NCBI GenBank assembly: GCA_030141605.1
Contig: JAQGDQ010000234.1
Coordinates: 186,001-250,000 of the forward strand
Reading direction: 5' to 3'
Length of the DNA stretch: 64,000 bases
Source of the DNA: Tubiluchus corallicola
Taxonomy: Eukaryota; Animalia; Priapulida
The translations under genes were made by a program, and so were the position numbers. Position 1 is the stretch's first letter. Each line of letters opens with the position of its first letter. Under the pieces are notes generated by a model that saw only the letters and a list, made by a program, of their open reading frames with translations, had not been told where the DNA came from and made no database searches. Positions 60,689 through 64,000 of the stretch are shown in pieces.

Positions 60689-62578
60689 ATGTTTCACAGC
60701 ATGTTTTTGCGTCGTTGTAATGGTATAGCATCCATTATTCGAATGAAAAGTAACATTGCAGCAAGTGTTCAACTTTCGGGAATTGAAAATGGCCTGTCTG
60801 CAGAGTTAGAAAGTGCAAATGCTGCTCAATCACAGTTTGCTAGAGCTAGGATTGGTCAGTTTTTTCAGCCTGAACCGTGTTTGCACAATCCTTTCGAAGA
60901 TGACAAAGTTCTTCAACGTTACTTAAACCGAATATTGCCACCTGAGGTGTATGCAGATGTGGTAGCTGATTTGAAGAGATTTGGAAAAAGAATAGTTTCT
61001 GAAATTGACCAACTAGGAAGAGAGTGTGAGTTAAACCCCCCAAGTTTGATGCAGTATAATTCCTGGGGTAAGAGAGTGGATGAAATAATAACATGCCCTG
61101 CATGGAAAAGACAGCATGCTATAGCAGCTGAAGAAGGTATTATTGCCCTTGCTTATGAGCAGAGGCATGGGGAATGGAGTCGTCTGCATCAGCTTTGCAA
61201 ATTGTATTTATATCAACCATCTTCTGGGTTGTACTCTTGTCCTCTAGCAATGACCGATGGTGCTGCTAAGTTGATTCAGTTAGCACCAGAAGAAGATGTG
61301 ACATCACATGCATTCAAAAATTTGACAAGTCGGGATCCTGGAAAATTTTGGACATCTGGACAATGGATGACGGAGCGACAAGGTGGATCTGATGTTGCTA
61401 CAGGAACAGAAACCATTGCTATGCCACAAACAGATGGTTCCTATCATCTTTATGGATACAAGTCCTTCACTTCAGCAACTGATTCAAATATGTCTTTCAC
61501 CTTGGCCAGAATTGCAGATAAATGTGGAAACATTGTTCAAGACTCTAAAGGCCTATCATTATTTTTCCTTGAGTCAAGAGATTCCATGGGCAGGCTCAAT
61601 AATATAGAAGTACAAAGATTAAAAGACAAGTTAGGCACAAGACAACTTCCTACAGCAGAACTTCTGCTGGATGGAACAGTGGCATACAAGGTGGGCCCAG
61701 AAGGACGAGGTGTAGCTGGAATTATACCAATATTAAAAATGACTAGAATACATAATGCTATTGCAGCTGTAGGAGGAATGAGAAGACTGTTAAGTCTGAG
61801 TAGAGACTACAGCACAAAGCGAAAAGCCTTTGGAAAAATCATCTGCAACCACGCACTGCACATGCAAACACTGGCAAGGCTAGAAGTTGAAATACGCGGA
61901 GCTTTCCTTCTTACAATGGAATTGGCAAGATTACTTGGTTTAGAAGATGTCGGCAAATCTACTGAGCATGACCAACTTTTACTTCGCCTCCTTGTCCCAC
62001 TGGCCAAACTGTATACAGGCAAACAAGCATTAAAAGTTGGCTCAGAAGCTTTGGAAAGTTTTGGTGGGCAAGGTTACATGGAGGATACCGCTTTACCATC
62101 TATTGTCAGAGATGCTCAAGTATTAAGTATATGGGAAGGAACAACTAACGTATTGTCTCTAGATGTACTTAGATCTTTGGCAAAATCCCGTGGCAGTGTG
62201 CTTCATGCCTACATAGATGACATTCAGAAGAGGTTGAAACAAGTATCTACAATAGAACCATTAGCACAAAGTTGTGAGCTTGTACTGAAGTCAGCTCATA
62301 GTCTAGTTGAATTTGCTCATGGAAACTTCGATCAGTTGGAGACAGCAGCCAGGGACTTTTCCTACAGCTTAGCTAAAACATATATGGGAATGTTGTTATT
62401 AGAGAATGCAGCCTGGAAAAATGCTTCCCAAACAGATATCACAGCTGCTCAGAGATGGTGCACTAAACAGCTGAATATTGTGGAACAAATAAGCAGACAG
62501 CATGGATATAAAACCACTGCAACCAAAGCCGAGTATGACTTGGTTATGGATGGATATCTTGTAGATAGTAAATTATAA
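60689..62578 (+). CDS. Acyl-CoA dehydrogenase, AidB/ACDH-11-like subfamily, 629 aa, intronless CDS
   Basis: Single long ORF. Motifs CPLAMTDGAA, SGQWMTERQGGSDV, RLKDKLGTRQLPTAEL, FGGQGYMED and RDAQVLSIWEGTTNVLSLD are typical of AidB / C. elegans ACDH-11 type ACADs. Arg-rich, acid-free N-terminus; ends in SKL. Confidence 0.95.
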   Translation: MFHSMFLRRCNGIASIIRMKSNIAASVQLSGIENGLSAELESANAAQSQFARARIGQFFQPEPCLHNPFEDDKVLQRYLNRILPPEVYADVVADLKRFGKRIVSEIDQLGRECELNPPSLMQYNSWGKRVDEIITCPAWKRQHAIAAEEGIIALAYEQRHGEWSRLHQLCKLYLYQPSSGLYSCPLAMTDGAAKLIQLAPEEDVTSHAFKNLTSRDPGKFWTSGQWMTERQGGSDVATGTETIAMPQTDGSYHLYGYKSFTSATDSNMSFTLARIADKCGNIVQDSKGLSLFFLESRDSMGRLNNIEVQRLKDKLGTRQLPTAELLLDGTVAYKVGPEGRGVAGIIPILKMTRIHNAIAAVGGMRRLLSLSRDYSTKRKAFGKIICNHALHMQTLARLEVEIRGAFLLTMELARLLGLEDVGKSTEHDQLLLRLLVPLAKLYTGKQALKVGSEALESFGGQGYMEDTALPSIVRDAQVLSIWEGTTNVLSLDVLRSLAKSRGSVLHAYIDDIQKRLKQVSTIEPLAQSCELVLKSAHSLVEFAHGNFDQLETAARDFSYSLAKTYMGMLLLENAAWKNASQTDITAAQRWCTKQLNIVEQISRQHGYKTTATKAEYDLVMDGYLVDSKL

Positions 62579-62715
62579 TGGTGCTAGTATTACATAATGT
62601 AAAAGCAGAAGTTTGCTTTTGAATCATGCATGTATCATAATTTGTGAAGCGTACTTGTGTAAGCACCAGAAATGTGTAACTCTAACAACTAAAATTTTCT
62701 TCCATAATTAATAGA

Positions 62716-62935
62716 TAGCTTGCTATTTCATGTGTAGATTGTCTCTGCTTTGGGAACAGAATTAAAATAGCTTACTAACAGGTCATGTATAGATTATTAT
62801 TTGCTTTGGGAACAGAATTAAAATAGCTTGCTAACTTGTCATGTATAGATTGTTATGTTCTTTTGGAACACAATTAAGATACATGTAACTTGCTAAGATA
62901 CTATTGTATAGATTGTTATCTGGTTTGGGAACATC
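62716..62935. repeat. Minisatellite, ~4 x 56 bp, in the presumed ACAD 3'UTR
   Basis: Unit like TAGCTTGCTAAC..GTCATGTATAGATT.TTAT.TGCTTTGGGAACAGAATTAAAA. Confidence 0.85.
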
Positions 62936-63393
62936 ATTCATCTGCTATGTTAGGCCACTAATGCACAATTTTTGGCTTGCGCCAAAACATGATCTTTATA
63001 AATTTATGTAATGCTGATTGTAATCTCAAAATAAGACATTTGTATGTGCCCAAAGAGTGTTTCCTACTTTTATGTCATCTTTACTTCGCCTTTGTGCACT
63101 ATAATGTGCATGTATGTAGAAACAAACATGTTAAGTGCCGTTTTGTTTGTAAACAGGTACGTTTATGATGCGCTAATATGCTACCCTATCGGTTTTGCTT
63201 TGAATCTGTTACCCGCTGGCCACTGCATTAACCGCGTTACCCAAGAATTTCTGGAAGCTAAACATGTAATCACTTGTCTAGCGGGCACCTTTCGAAGCTC
63301 TCGTTGCAAATAACGCTTAATCACTTAACAGTCAAAGATGCGGGTACAATAATCAGCCCGTATTCCTTACAAGAGTAAACATCATACAGCAAA

Positions 63394-63625
63394 TATGAGC
63401 ATAGAGTTTGAAAACAGGAACATAAGGGTAAAGATCCAACAATTAAGGGCAAACTGGAAATTTTAGAGCAGTACAATAAATTTCCAAAGATGGGGCAGAG
63501 GTGTGCAGTAGCGCAGGTGAAAATTCTCCCGGCAGAATATTGAAAAAACGACCTGAAATTGAGCTGTCAGCAAGCCAAAATGAGAATCTATCATCGAAGA
63601 GGTGATGCACAGGAAACAAGGGCAC
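63394..63625 (+). mobile_element. Degraded pogo/Tigger transposase N-terminal (HTH-psq-like) fragment
   Basis: Reads KDPTIKGKLEILEQYNKFPKMGQRCAVAQVKFS then, after a frameshift, ILKKRPEIELSASQNENLSSKR*CTG, resembling recalled Tigger-like 'KDL.L..KL.IL..Y..LPKMSQR.AA.QL..S...ILK.R..IE...NEN...KR.R.G'. Confidence 0.65.
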
Positions 63626-63942
63626 CAGCAATGCAGCTCAAGCACGCCAAGTGCTAAATGTTTTTACGAGAATACGTACATCACACAGCAACAGATTTTT
63701 AACGTTTTTATAATTATGAGAACTTTGTGAACCGACTTCTTCGCGAGAAAATGGAACACCCGACTTTGAAGGATTTTTTGTAATTTTCATAAATAAACAG
63801 ACTTGAGTGATTTACAAAAGTATACCTTTAAGTTATTGCTAATTCACCTATATAAATTAATATTTTAAAATATTTTTTTAAATTCATAACTGCATAAAGG
63901 AATTTAGACATTACTTCGTTTCTAAAATTCATTAAAAGCCTG

Positions 63943-63944
<2 letters not shown>

Positions 63945-63988
<44 letters not shown>

Positions 63989-64000
63989 TATATATATATA
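63945..64000. repeat. (TA)n(CA)n microsatellite
   Basis: Directly visible at the window end. Confidence 0.95.

Overview
AT-rich, intron-rich eukaryotic DNA from an invertebrate animal (probably a protostome; inferred from protein similarity only). Four protein-coding genes were reconstructed by hand from GT-AG junctions with consistent reading phase. (1) FBXO11, minus strand, 19 coding exons; the last exon lies beyond the left edge. (2) TMEM181/GPR178, plus strand, 14 coding exons, plus a probable alternative first coding exon. (3) RAB3GAP2, minus strand, 33 coding exons, about 1432 aa, convergent with TMEM181. (4) An AidB/ACDH-11-type acyl-CoA dehydrogenase, plus strand, head-to-head with RAB3GAP2, with an intronless 629-aa CDS, an N-terminal mitochondrial-type leader and a C-terminal SKL. 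Intergenic and intronic DNA holds degraded non-LTR retrotransposons of at least four kinds, an internally deleted Tc1/mariner element with TIRs and a TA duplication, a pogo/Tigger fragment, MITE-like elements, microsatellites and short tandem duplications. No rRNA, tRNA or CRISPR array was seen, and no clearly novel multi-gene system. The best leads are the intronless, possibly dual-targeted ACAD, the alternative TMEM181 N-terminus (MGILCKC), candidate microexons, and atypical LINE features. Gene identities come from recalled family sequences, not database searches.
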